Shown piece by piece: positions 11,425 through 24,975 of a stretch of DNA of 64,000 bases. The notes beneath the pieces were generated by a model, which made no database searches, had not been told where the DNA came from, and saw only the letters and a list, made by a program, of their open reading frames with translations. The first letter of the stretch is position 1. Every line of letters begins with the position of its first letter. Where the stretch lies: NCBI RefSeq assembly GCF_018977255.1, contig NW_024704743.1, positions 2,234,001-2,298,000 on the forward strand. Direction: 5' to 3'. Origin of the DNA: Callorhinchus milii (Eukaryota). The position numbers and the translations under genes were made by a program.

Positions 11425-11550
11425 ACTTCGCCCACAAAATACAGTCAATCAACTTTACAGTCTATCCTGTGAAGCGCTTTGAGACTTCTCAACGACGTGA
11501 TAAGGCGCTGTATCAAATGCAGGGATTATCATTATTATTTATTATTATTT
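11425..11550 (+). mobile_element. SINE tail in shh intron 2
   Basis: TTCGCCCACAAAATACAGTC...GATAAGGCGCTGTATCAAATGC. Confidence 0.85.
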
Positions 11551-12611
11551 TCTAAAAAAATCATTCCAGGGTCTCAATTTTTTACCTTTTTCAGACTAGG
11601 TTTGGGCTTTCCCTAAAGACTTTTTTTTTGTGTGTTGAAAAGAGCAAAAAAAATTGACGAGGAATACAGTACTTGAAAGAGGTAAAGTAAACCTAGAAAA
11701 TATAACTCCCGTGGAGGCACAATCACCAACCTCACTCTGTCTTTATTTACGGCCCAAAATATAATAATAATAATAATAAGTGCAGCGGGAATCTCATCGA
11801 TAAAACACACTAATCACCTCCAGTCCGGGCTTTGACGCTGACAGGCAGCTCTGTTTGGAAGCACCGATTGATTTGTTCCCTAAAGTTCCCCCCACCCCGG
11901 AACAAAGACAGACAAACAGTCTGAACCTCAACGCGCCTGTTTACCGTCATATTTTATTGTCAAGTATCTAAAATTCCACCGCTCCCACCCCCGCCCAACG
12001 CCCAGGCTGACCCACACCCCTGATGGAGCCCTGTATTAATCCCAGTTAGGGTCCAGCCCCCACAAAAGAGGTTTCAGAGAACTTTTCATCTCAACCAGGC
12101 GCGGGATGTCAATGACTGCATCTCCCCACATATATACTATAATTATTATTATATTATATGATGATGATGATGATGATGATGATGAGGGGCGGCTTAGCAG
12201 AAGACTCGCTCAAAATCAAGTACCAAGACCAGTTGTGTCACGGGAAGATATTCACGGCTTTAGTCTTACGACTATCCTCAAGTTTAAGATTGTGCAGAAA
12301 TGTGGAAAAGTCTTGTTCAGTGTTCAAGTCTTAATCCAGTTTTGCACAGATTTCCCCCCCCCCCCCCACCCCCGAAAAAAAATGGTGGAAAATAGATTTG
12401 AAAGGACGAACTGAAAAGATTTTTTTCCCCCAAAATCTTAACATTTAAGACAATAGCCTTAAAGCTAAATCTGTGAGAAATGTTTCGCTACGTTACAGTA
12501 TAGACTTTACTGCCCTTCATGAACCAACCAAACAATTTACCAACGACTGACTGACTGACTGAATAACTCACTAACCTTCTTTCCTTCCTTCCTCCCCTCT
12601 CTCTCAATCAA

Positions 12612-12647
<36 letters not shown>

Positions 12648-13164
12648 TTGCACTTTTAGGACTATTGTAATTTTCCTTGTTCCGATGTTTCCTTGCAAGA
12701 AGAAAGTCTGATAATAATTCTGGATGGGGAATGTTCACACACACACACACACACACACACCCACACAAAAGTACATCAGTATTTTCGTAACACACAAACA
12801 GGGGAATAGAAACCCCGACTTCAGGAAACATCTCCTCGTTTCCGAGAGACATTGCGACCCAGTTTTAACCACATCGTTTGCGAACACTAACACATTAGTG
12901 ACTGGGAATACACACAACACACTCCGCTGTGACTCACACCAGTGACTGACTGCGTTGTTGAGAGCTGTTTTGGTCATTAGCAATTCTGTGGATGTTGGTT
13001 CCTCGACAGGAAGATTCTCTCTCTGTGTGTGTGTGTGTGTGCACAACCGGTGTGGGATTTCATCGCCTTCTTTTACGAAGAAAACAGGGTCGATCGGGTG
13101 TGAAAAACAGCAACGATTTTCTTCCCGACTTAAGAAACAAACGCAGAAAGAACACTTAACACTC

Positions 13165-13335
13165 ACTGCTGCAGGACCCGCAGTGGAGTCTGCTCCTGGG
13201 GGGTGATTACCTTTTAATTGAGCAGAAAGGGCGCAGATTAGGTTTTTATTGATTCGCTAACGACTTTCTCGCTTCTGGTTAATGGAACTCCACAAATTTG
13301 CAACGGTTTGTCGCCGAATGACATGAAAGCAAACA
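13165..13335. promoter_or_regulatory. Candidate intron-2 brain enhancer (SBE1-like)
   Basis: Unique sequence between microsatellites with clustered homeodomain motifs: TGATTA 13204, TAATTG 13215, AGATTA 13235, TTAATGG 13279. The SBE1 identity is inferred from position and motif types only. Confidence 0.4.
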
Positions 13336-13454
13336 CCGAAGGCGTTTGTGTGTTGTGTTTTACTCGGGACAGCAGTCAGTCAGTCAGTCAGTCACTCACT
13401 CACTCACTCACTCCAGCAACTAACACAGACAGTTACCTTACCTGAAAAGAGGTG

Positions 13455-13870
13455 TTGAGTGAGTGAGTGAGTGTATGGGAGTGAATCAATGTGAGTGTCA
13501 GTGAATGAGTGTGAGAATGTGAGTGAGTATGTGAGTGAATCAGTGTGAGTGTGTGAGTGAGTATGTGAGTGAATGAGTGTGAGTGTGTGAGTGAGTATGT
13601 GAGTGAATGAGTGTGAGTATGTGAGTGAATGAGTGTGAGAATGTGAGTGTGAGTATGTGAGTGAATGAGTGTGAGTGAGTATGTGAGTGAATGAGTGTGA
13701 GAATGTGAGTGTGAGTATGTGAGCGAATGAGTGTGAGTATGTGAGTGAATGAGTGTGAGTGAGTATGTGAGTGAGAGTGAATGAGTGTGAGTGAGTATGT
13801 GAGTGAATGAGTGTGAGAGTATGGGAGTGAGTGCAAGTGAGTGTGAGTGGTGTGTATGTGTGTGTGTGTA
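13455..13870. repeat. Compound (GAGT/GT)-based mini/microsatellite in intron 2
   Basis: Recurrent TATGTGAGTGAATGAGTGTGAG units. Confidence 0.9.
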
Positions 13871-14017
13871 TGGGGGGGCTGGGGGGGGGGGGAGAAAGAG
13901 ATTCTGAACATCCACTAACTTATGATGAACCCGAGGGAGCAGAGAGGGTCGGGGCTGGTCTGTGAATGGTGTGGGGGGGGGACCATAGGTATGGAATCTG
14001 CTGCTTGAGAAGCCTTC

Positions 14018-14290
14018 GGTTAAAACCCAATAAAGGAGCCTTATTGTCATTGTGATTCGGCTAATGGAGCAGACACTCAGGGACCAGAGGAGACACTTCC
14101 CCTATTCCCAGCTTCTCCCGCTGTTTGCACAGGTGCAGGAGACCTCTGTGCATCAATTCACACACACACACTACACCCCCGAGTCCAGGCTTTGGCCGGC
14201 GCTATTTGCACAGCAGAAACACTGTTCCTTTTCCTGGACACTCGAGAATGTGTATTTGAATTTTAAATGAACGCCTTGGCTTTAGATGCC
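14018..14290. promoter_or_regulatory. Intron-2 enhancer, ar-C / SFPE2-like (notochord/floor plate)
   Basis: In transcript order: CATTTAAAATTCAAATACACATTC, AACAGTGTTTCTGCTGTGCAAATAG, TGCACCTGTGCAAACAG (14137-14121), GAAGTGTCTCCTCT...GAGTG (14099-14070), AATGACAAT (14051-14043), CTTTATTGGGTTTTAA (14035-14020). The last four match the order and content of ar-C blocks C1-C4 as I recall them. Forkhead sites TGTTTGC at 14122 and TATTTGC at 14203. Confidence 0.75.
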
Positions 14291-14814
14291 CGACCATAGC
14301 TCATCGTTACCGCCCCCCCCCCCCCCCCACCCCCCCCCTCTCCCACTCTGCGCCTTGACAATGATTCAGGGCTTCAGACCACAGCAGCTTTACATTCCTC
14401 TCCCGGGGATCATACCTTCAGCAAATAGAGATATAGAAAGCGAATCTTCCTGGCTGGTATGTGCCCCCCACACCCCCCCCCCCCCACCCACCCCCCACTC
14501 CCTCCCCTTCAGCAGACAACACTTAATCTTCTCATATGATTCACTGACATGAAATGCTGTTGGAACAAATGGGTGACAGCCTGAGCTGACAGTATTCTCC
14601 ACCCGTCCCCCCGGTTTATTCTGCCGCAGTCACACGACCCGACATGACACGCAAAACCAGATTCAAGACTGGGAAAGCCCAGTGTGTGTTCGGAATTTTA
14701 AATCTCAGATTTGTCGCGATCCTCCCCTCCTGTTTGAAGAGGGAGCGGGGTTTACGCTGGGATTACGCTGTCTTTAATAGAGACTTCTGATCTGTAATTC
14801 GAAACAAAAATCTT

Positions 14815-14851
<37 letters not shown>

Positions 14852-15609
14852 TGTGGCTGAAATAACCGGGTTAGTTCTATCTTGGGACAACGTGTGGGGT
14901 TGTGTGTGTGGTGTATGGTCAAGTGAGAAACTCAAGCCTCGATTCAAGGGTCTTTGGTGTTTTTAATCTGTTAAAATATTATATGTGGGTATTATGTTAT
15001 ATTATATAAAGGAGCTGGTGGCTGGTATTATATTATATTATAAAAAAGAGCTGGTAGCTGGTGTGAATTGCAACCGAATTATAATTATGTTCTTCCGATT
15101 TGGGGATATTTCCCAGACTTTGTGGAAAGGCATAAATCTAAATGGTTGGATATTAATTTCTCTCTCTCTCTCTCTCTTTATCCCAACACTTTGTAACAAG
15201 GGAATGTTTGAAACTCAGCGATGATCTGCCTTCAAAGCCTTTCCCATCCCATGTACAATGGCACACGGTTTTACTCTTCGTTGTAGAAAAAAAAAGAAAG
15301 TATTTTTTGGGGTTTGATTTAATAACGTGATATTGATACTCAAACGGTGTGTGTGTGTGTGTGTATGTGGTGGTGGGGGGGGGGGGGGGGGGTAAAGGGG
15401 TGAGGTAGAAAGGAACAGTTCAGCAAAGAATTCTAGAAAAGTGCAATAACCTTATTTTTCCCGTTTCGATGCAACCGTTCGGAGAGAGAGAGAGAGAGAG
15501 GTTTCGCACTTTAGCGAACGGAAACCACGTTAATGCGTCGCATTCGCTAGAACTCCGACTTTGCCAACAACGGCCGTTTAAAAACCTCTCCAATCGCTTC
15601 ACATTCGGG

Positions 15610-15728
15610 GCAGCGTTTTCGGCCACAAAATACGCAGTTAATTCACTTCACAGTATATTCCGTGAAGCGCTTTGAAGCGTCGCGACGACGTGATCAGCCG
15701 CTGTCGCACAGTTAAGGATTATATTATA
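15610..15728 (+). mobile_element. SINE tail in shh intron 2
   Basis: CCACAAAATACGCAG...GAAGCGCTTTGAAGCGTCGCGACGACGTGAT. Confidence 0.75.
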
Positions 15729-16356
15729 TTTTCTTTTGCGGGGGGGGGGGGGGGGGGGGGGGCAAACCTATAAAGATCGGGGCAGCTCATTGTACCAAAT
15801 ATTGCTATTTACAACTTATTCCTTATGAGGACAGAGTATAACACAAGACATTGGGGAAGCACTTGAATTGCTACCATTGAAAGTACAAAGTTCAGACTAC
15901 TTTCCAGTTCATTTCCTCAGCCCCAGACTGTGGGTTTATTGTGGTTGAGGTGAGGATTGGAGTTGTGTTGTGGAGTAAAGTTATATCCAATATCCTAATG
16001 TGTGACATAACGACGCGGATGTCCAACTCACAGCCTCTGAGCTGCCGCCCGGTCTCAACGGACGGAGACAAAACTCTTTATAGAGGGACATTCTCTCGTA
16101 ATCAATGAAGGGAATGGGATATGCAATTCGTAGGGTAAGGGATTTTAGGACGACATAAAACCGTGTCCCCCCCAAACCAACACCCGCTGCCAAACGCACT
16201 AACCAACACTGTGTGTAAACAGCGTGTGATTTGGTGTGAATTATAACCAGTTAGAGGTATAATCCTGGTCCTCTGACATTTGCAATGCATTGCTCTTGTC
16301 TGTCTATCTGATCGTCCGGACTTCTCATTGATTATTTATTGCCTCCTTTTTTTTTA

Positions 16357-17820
<1,464 letters not shown>

Positions 17821-18101
17821 TTAACATCTAAAGTTCGTATGGTTACCACACGTCTCATTGGCGACGTATCAAATGCATGAAAGAAACCCAGGCCTCGTTT
17901 TACTTATGTTCCTCTCTCTCCCCCCACATGTCGGCCGACTGTACACAGGGGAGGAATCCAATAGAATAGACATTGCTTTAAAGAGGAGAATAATCTCTCA
18001 GTTTTTTTTTTGCGCCTTCGTTGCAACGTCTAAATCCGACATAAAATGAGTGGCTTCTTCAGCCATCGTTCCCCTCAATGTATTTCCTCCTCCATTGTAG
18101 C

Positions 18102-18285
18102 AATAACAATAATAATAATAATAATAATAGTCCTGGCATTTGATACAGCGCCTTATCACATCTTCGGGACGTCTCAAAGCGCTTCACGGGATACACTGTG
18201 AAGACTGTGTGTTTTGTGGGCGAAACGCGGCAGCCGATTGCGCACAGCAGTGCCCCACAAACAGCTGTGGGTTGAGTGACAATTT
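18102..18285 (-). mobile_element. SINE 3' part in shh intron 1
   Basis: Reverse Deu-like block plus tail; tail-to-tail with 17665-17820. Confidence 0.85.
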
Positions 18286-19064
18286 TTCTTAAAAGAAGGA
18301 GTTATTAATCCCCTTCATTTTCTGTCCAACAGCCAACAATTCACCCGAACCAATCGGTCACTCACCTCAATGGACAGTTTGTGAGACCTGAGTGTTGGCA
18401 AAGAGTTTGCCACAAAACACACCCCAATCACTGCACCGGACGGCAGCGATTGAACGTGAAGCGCTTTGAGATGTGGGGACATCCCACAGATACTATATCG
18501 AATGGAAGGATTTATTGGATTAGATTATCCGAAACACAGACCACCGATCTCCTCAAATGCGTAAAAAAATGTCGCCTTTTCCAGAGACAAATCCACATCG
18601 CCCCAATTCCAATGTGTAAAATAAAATGCTTGGAGTTATGAGCCAAAAGAGGACTGAACGAGTAGGTGTGTGTGTGTGTGTGTGTGTGTGTTGGGGAGGG
18701 GGGGCTGGGGTGGGGGTGGGGGGAGAGGGAGAGAAACTAATAATACATTATTTGTATTATATTCCTAAGCACTGCCACTGACATCGGACGCGATGAAATT
18801 GCTCAAAGGAACGGAGAACAGAGACCTCCTGAATATTATCGAGATGGTGTGTGTTTGAGGTGATCGAGGCTATCGCTTTGCTTTACGTAGATTCGGTATA
18901 TTTTTATTCGGTGTCACTGTATCAGTTCTCCTCCCCGAGTGAAACCAATAATAATATGGCGACCAGTCCTTGAATAAAAGGCTTGTGCCATTTGTCCCGA
19001 GAAGTTCTAATACATCGTGAAGCCAATACACATATTCTTAGAGTCCATACATATAGACCCATAA

Positions 19065-19965
19065 GTACACACATTCACACACATACATACACACACATAC
19101 ACACTCATTCACATACACACATACATACACATGTACATACACACATACATACACATGTACATACCCATTCACATACACACATACATAAACACACACATAC
19201 ATACACACACATCGATACACACACACATGCAGACATACACAAGCATACACACATGAATACATATCGACACACACACGAACATACAGACACATATACGCAC
19301 ACACACAAACAGATACATACACGCGCATACATACACACACACATACACATACACACACACATACACACATACATACACACACACACACACCTACATACAC
19401 ACACACATACACACACACACACATACACACACACACCTACATACACACACACACACACACACACACGCGCAGTATATTGTGTAACCATTGTACAGAGAAG
19501 AGGGAAAGCCCAGTTATAACCAACTGACTGTAAGGTACCCAGACCTTCCCCTTTAAGAAGGATCCTTTGTTTTTGGCCGACTTGAATGTTCTGAAATTCC
19601 TCCCTGATGTGGGATGCCCGGGATGGCAATGGGATCACTGGGCTGTGCGCCAACTGGTGACAGTGTGAAGGTCTCCGATACAGACACCGCCAAACCCTGC
19701 CCCACCTTATCCTAATGGCTTGCTCACCAACTCCTCTGAGACAAGACAATTTTCAAACCCTTCCAGACATGTCCTAGAGAGGACAGGTTCATCAGTGTGT
19801 GTGAGAGTGGGGGGGTGGGGGAGCTGGGGGGGGATTATAAATAACACGCAGTAACCCGAACTCGCACAGGTCCAACAAATTCCCTTACCATCAATAAAGA
19901 GAGCTCTAGATTTCAAGATTTTTTTTCTCTCTCTTGCTTCCCATTCCCACCCGACAATATATATG

Positions 19966-20005
<40 letters not shown>

Positions 20006-20267
20006 GAAGAGAGCGATAGATTGATTGTCGGGAGTCAAGAGCCGTGAAAGCAATGGCAAAAACTATTTATTAATTCATTAAGTCGTGCGCCGCTAATCGA
20101 GTCCAATTCTGCCCAATCCAACCTGACAGCCCCGGAGTGACACCGCGCTACAGAGCTTTGTGCTGCTCCCCAACACACACACACACAGACACACACAGAG
20201 ACAGAGACACACAGAGACACACACACACACCCATACACACACACACACACACATGGAGACACACAGA

Positions 20268-20304
<37 letters not shown>

Positions 20305-21280
20305 ACACACACACACACAGAGACACACACAGACACACACACACACACACACAGACACACACACACAGAAACAGACACACATACACAGACACAGACAGGC
20401 ACACACACGCAGACACACAGACACATAGACACAGACAGACACACACACGCAGACACACAGACACATAGACACAGACAGAGACACACACACAGAGACACAC
20501 ACACATAGACACACAGACAGACACACACACACAGACACACAGACACAGACACACACACACACACAGCCATTAAAGCCATTACAATAAAGGTCTTTAATCC
20601 ATTCCCGCTGACACCCTATTGTGAAATGAGTTGCAGAAAAGAAAACACTTAACAGATACCTGTCAATGTAAACAGCTCACCGTCCGGGGCTGTTAAACGC
20701 AGGGGTGGTGTGTGTGTGTGTGTGGAGGGGGGGGGGGGGGGGGTGAGAGGGGAGGGGGACTGTAAGTACTTTTCCCAAACTCCCCACACATCGCCCTCAA
20801 CACCGCAAGTACCATCACGTTGGGGAGTTATTGCTGTTTCAATCAGAGAGCGGATCGCTTCCTACACCACCCGTCACACACACACACATACACACACACA
20901 TACACACACACACATACACACAACACACATACATACACACAACACATACATACACACCTGCATACACACATACATGCAAACACACATGCATGCATACACA
21001 TATACACAACACACACATCACACATACACACATAACACACATACATACATACATACATACACATGCATACGACACACATAGACACACACATACATTAAAC
21101 ATACATACATACATACACACATACACATTACACACATTCCCACATCGCACACACACTACACATACATCCGCACACTGTACATACATTACACACACATGTA
21201 CATACACACACACACACTGCACACATGCAAACACACACACACGTTACACACACACACATATTACACACACACATTACACA
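19065..21280. repeat. Three long imperfect (CA)n arrays in intron 1 (19065-19466, 20172-20565, 20875-21280)
   Basis: Seen directly; they are the source of the His/Thr and Cys/Val ORFs in the track. Confidence 0.93.
20563..20705. promoter_or_regulatory. Candidate intron-1 conserved enhancer (ar-A/ar-B-like)
   Basis: Unique island between (CA)n arrays containing CCATTA x2, CAATAAA, TAATCC, TGTCAA and a forkhead site TGTAAACA (about 20667). Confidence 0.4.
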
Positions 21281-21300
21281 GAGAGTTAATGCAACTCAAC

Positions 21301-21471
21301 TGGGGGCTGGGGTTGGGGGGCTGGGGGCTGGGGGGCGGGGGGGGCTGGGGGGCGGGGGGGTGGAGGGTTGGGGGCTGGGGGTGGGGGCTGGGGGGTGGGG
21401 TGGTGGGGGCTGGGGGCTGGGGGGCTGGGGGGGGCTGGGGGGCTGGGGGGGGGTGGTGGGGGGTGGGGGGG
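21301..21471 (+). repeat. G-rich (GGGGGCT)n-like array, G-quadruplex potential
   Basis: More than 20 G3+ tracts with 1-2 nt spacers. Confidence 0.88.
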
Positions 21472-21744
21472 TTTGCGTCCGTTCATTTGAGGGGAAAATC
21501 GACTTAAGGTCAGAAGTTCAAGCGGTCTCAGTTCATGCGGCAGAGAGAGAGGGGGGAGAGGGAGGGAGGGAGGGAGGGGGCCGTGTGGAGGATACCTGTC
21601 TGCTCCCCAGGGGAAACGACAAGCCACTCACTCCCCTCATTTTGTCTTTTTATTTGTGGGGGGGCGGGGGGGGAGAGATGCGCAGCTGAACTGTCCGCAA
21701 GCTGATCCAGCAAAGACCTGCAGATCCAAACCACAGCAATTCAC

Positions 21745-22000
21745 ACACACACATATACACCTCCACTGCACACATATACACCTCCACTGCACACACATAC
21801 ACCTCCACTGCACACACATACACCTCCACTACACACACATACACCTCCACTACACACACATACTCCCCCACACACACATACACCTCCACTGCACACACAT
21901 ACACCTCCACTGCACACACATACACCTCCACTACACACACATACACCTCCACTACACACACATATACCCCCCCACACACATACACCTCTCCTACACCCTC
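21745..22000. repeat. 22-bp minisatellite ACACACATACACCTCCACTRCA
   Basis: About 10 tandem copies with one or two degenerate units. Confidence 0.92.
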
Positions 22001-22042
22001 TCCACACACATACACAAACATACACCCCCCCCACCCCCACCC

Positions 22043-22073
<31 letters not shown>

Positions 22074-22885
22074 GCCGCCATCACCTCTTTTGATACGCGT
22101 GTCTTAGCTGTGAATGTTCGCTCTGTGAGACAGTGAGTGAATGAGAGAGAGAGAGAGAGAGAGAGTGAGCGCCAGCTGGGATACAGAGAGAGAGAGAGAG
22201 AGGGGGAGAGAGAGGCAAAGGCAAGAAGTGGAAATTCCAGCCTTTTCGATCGATAACCTTGGCTGTGGGGGGTGGGGGGGGGGGGGGGGCGTGAAGCTGA
22301 ATCGCTTGTCTCTCTCGCTCCTCTTAGTGACTTGGGGAGCAGACCTACTCTCCCCTCTCTTCTCCCCTCTGTCCTTCTCTCTCCTCTCTCCTCAGCTCCC
22401 ACTGACTGTGGCCAACATGCACCTTAAATTGAACCTCCAGACACCCATCTATATTTTGAGCGGAGAGGGAGGGAGAGAGGGAGGGAGCCGGGGGGAGGGA
22501 GGGGGGAGGGAGGGAGGGAGCCGGGTGGGGTGGTGAATAAGGCTGAGAAAGGACGTAGGAATCTGGGCTCAACTCGGGATGAAACTACACACAGTCCAGT
22601 AGCTCAGTGTAAACATCCACATTTCGCCCTTTCCCTTAAAAGAGGAACAAGGACAGGCTTTGTGACAATAAGGGGCTGTTGCTTACCATTTTATTTTTGT
22701 TATTCCCACCCACCCACTCCCCCCCCCCGCTTCCCTAATGAAACGAATTACGCAAAGAAATGCCGAGACAACTCTTGGATATCTGTTCAGGTTTCAAATC
22801 CTATTGCGGAGTGAGGGTTCCCCACCAGAACTGGCACAGAGACACAATATCTGTCTCACGTTTACAAACTAGAGAGAGAGAGGGG

Positions 22886-22919
<34 letters not shown>

Positions 22920-23164
22920 TCAGAGACACACACGGCGATGTGGTTACCTGAACAGTCGACATTTTAATCATTGGAATAAAACTGGCGCCTCAGTGAAGCC
23001 AGACATCGCCGTGTCACACCCTTGTTAAGGTGCTGTGGATAAGCCATTCAGCACCGGGGGCTTCTCTTACACAAATAGCAATACATTAAAACACCTCGAT
23101 ACGCGACAAACCCAGTGAGGACCGGGTCTGTGCACAGTTTGGGTGGATTTCTCTCACCTCTCCG

Positions 23165-23280
<116 letters not shown>

Positions 23281-23632
23281 CCCCTTCTCTCTCTCTCCCT
23301 CTCTCTCTCTCTCCTCTCCCCCCTGTCTCAGTCTGGCTCCTTCCTATCATTTCTCCAAAGCAAACCCTGGTCAGGTCACCCCCCGAGTGTTTAATTCGAT
23401 TCAGGAGCTTTGCTTTTAATTTCTGAAGGGAGGCAACGAGACGAGGACGGTGCGCACTCGAGCAACGCGGGGACCTGACCGGCTGCAGGTTAGTGCTGAA
23501 CCAGTGGCCTCCCGGTCAGGTCGCTGTGCGTGCGCTCTGGGTCTCCTTCCTCGGCTCTCTGCCCTTGGATCAAAGTACAGCCGAGGGGACGAGAGCAAAC
23601 ACAAGTCAGGAACCGTCACAAGAAACGCCTCG

Positions 23633-24070
23633 CACACACACACAGACCCAGACACACACACAGACACACACACAAACCCAGACACACACACACACACACA
23701 GACCCAGACACACACACAGACACACACACAAACCCAGACACACACACACACACACAGACCCAGACACACACACAGACCCAGACACACACACAAACCCAGA
23801 CACACACACACACAGACCCAGACACACACACACATACAAACATACCCAGACACACACACAGACCAGACACACACACACACACAGACCAGACACACACACA
23901 CACAAACACACGCAGACCCAGACACGCACAGACTCAGACCCACACTCACAACACCCAGACACACAGACCCAGAGACACACACACCCAGACCCACACTCAC
24001 AACAATACTCAGACACACAGACCCAGACACACACACACAAACACAAACACAGACTCAAGACACACACAAA
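23633..24070. repeat. (CA)n array punctuated by GACCCAGA
   Basis: Seen directly. Confidence 0.9.
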
Positions 24071-24324
24071 AACATAAAACATAAAGGGAAATGAGAGCGA
24101 GAGACAGAGACAGACAGCACACATTTACCGTCTAAAGTTTTCTCATATATATATATATATATATGCCCGCCCGACTCCCGACTTATATGTATGTGTGTGT
24201 GTGTGTCTGTCTGTGTCTGTGTGTGTGTGTGTGTGTACTTGCTCGCCATATCAGCCACTCCATAGTCCCAGCCCACTGCAGTCCGCCAGCAAAAGAGGTT
24301 TAACACATAACCTGGCTGCTGTAC

Positions 24325-24624
24325 CTGTGTCATCAGTCTGTCAGCACCGCTGTCCTCTTCATCCTTAAAGATAATATCTGGGTTGTAATTGGGGGTCAGT
24401 TCTTTAAACCTCTCCGAGTTCCTGGTGATCTTGCCCTCGTATCTGCCACTTGCCCCCAAAGTCTTCTCGGCCACATTGGGGATGTATTGCTTGTAGGCCA
24501 GCGGGGTGAGTTTCCGAGGAGGTCTCCTCCTCCCGTGTCCCCTGCCTGGCCCACACGCTTGCACAGAGGACAGCAAGGATGTGCAGATCAATCCCAGCAA
24601 AGCGATCCTTGTTGTCAACATCAT
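24325..24624 (-). CDS. shh: Sonic hedgehog coding exon 1: signal peptide and start of the Hh-N signalling domain (aa 1-100)
   Basis: Translates [103 protein letters not shown] at 24624, exactly 300 nt, followed by donor GTACAG (phase 0), the canonical hedgehog intron-1 position. The palmitoylated Cys falls at residue 24. Confidence 0.97.
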
Positions 24625-24944
24625 GTCCACTGAAATCCAACTACTCAGGGCTTGTGTCTGTCTCTCTCTCTCTCTATATATATATATTCTCTCTGTCTCT
24701 GTCTCTTCTTATCTTCTGATTTTCTCACTCTCCACCGATTCACCTAATCTCTCTCTCTCTCTCTTTCTGTCACAGTCTCTCTCTCTCTCTCTCTGTGTGT
24801 CTGCCTTTTGTACTGATTTTCTCACTCTTCACCGATCCACCTAATGTGTCTCTCTCTGCCTCAGTCTCTCTCTGTCTCTGTCTCAGTCTCTCTCTGTCTC
24901 TCCCTCTTTCAGTCTCTCCCCCTCTCAGTCTCTCCCTCTTTCAG

Positions 24945-24975
<31 letters not shown>

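Noticed and set aside
21745..22000. CRISPR-like repeat array
   Set aside because: Head-to-tail minisatellite without unique spacers, in eukaryotic context with no cas genes.
24625..24630. GTG start giving an MDMML N-terminus, as in the ORF track
   Set aside because: An artefact of allowing alternative start codons; the ATG at 24624 gives the conserved 300-nt exon and Cys24.
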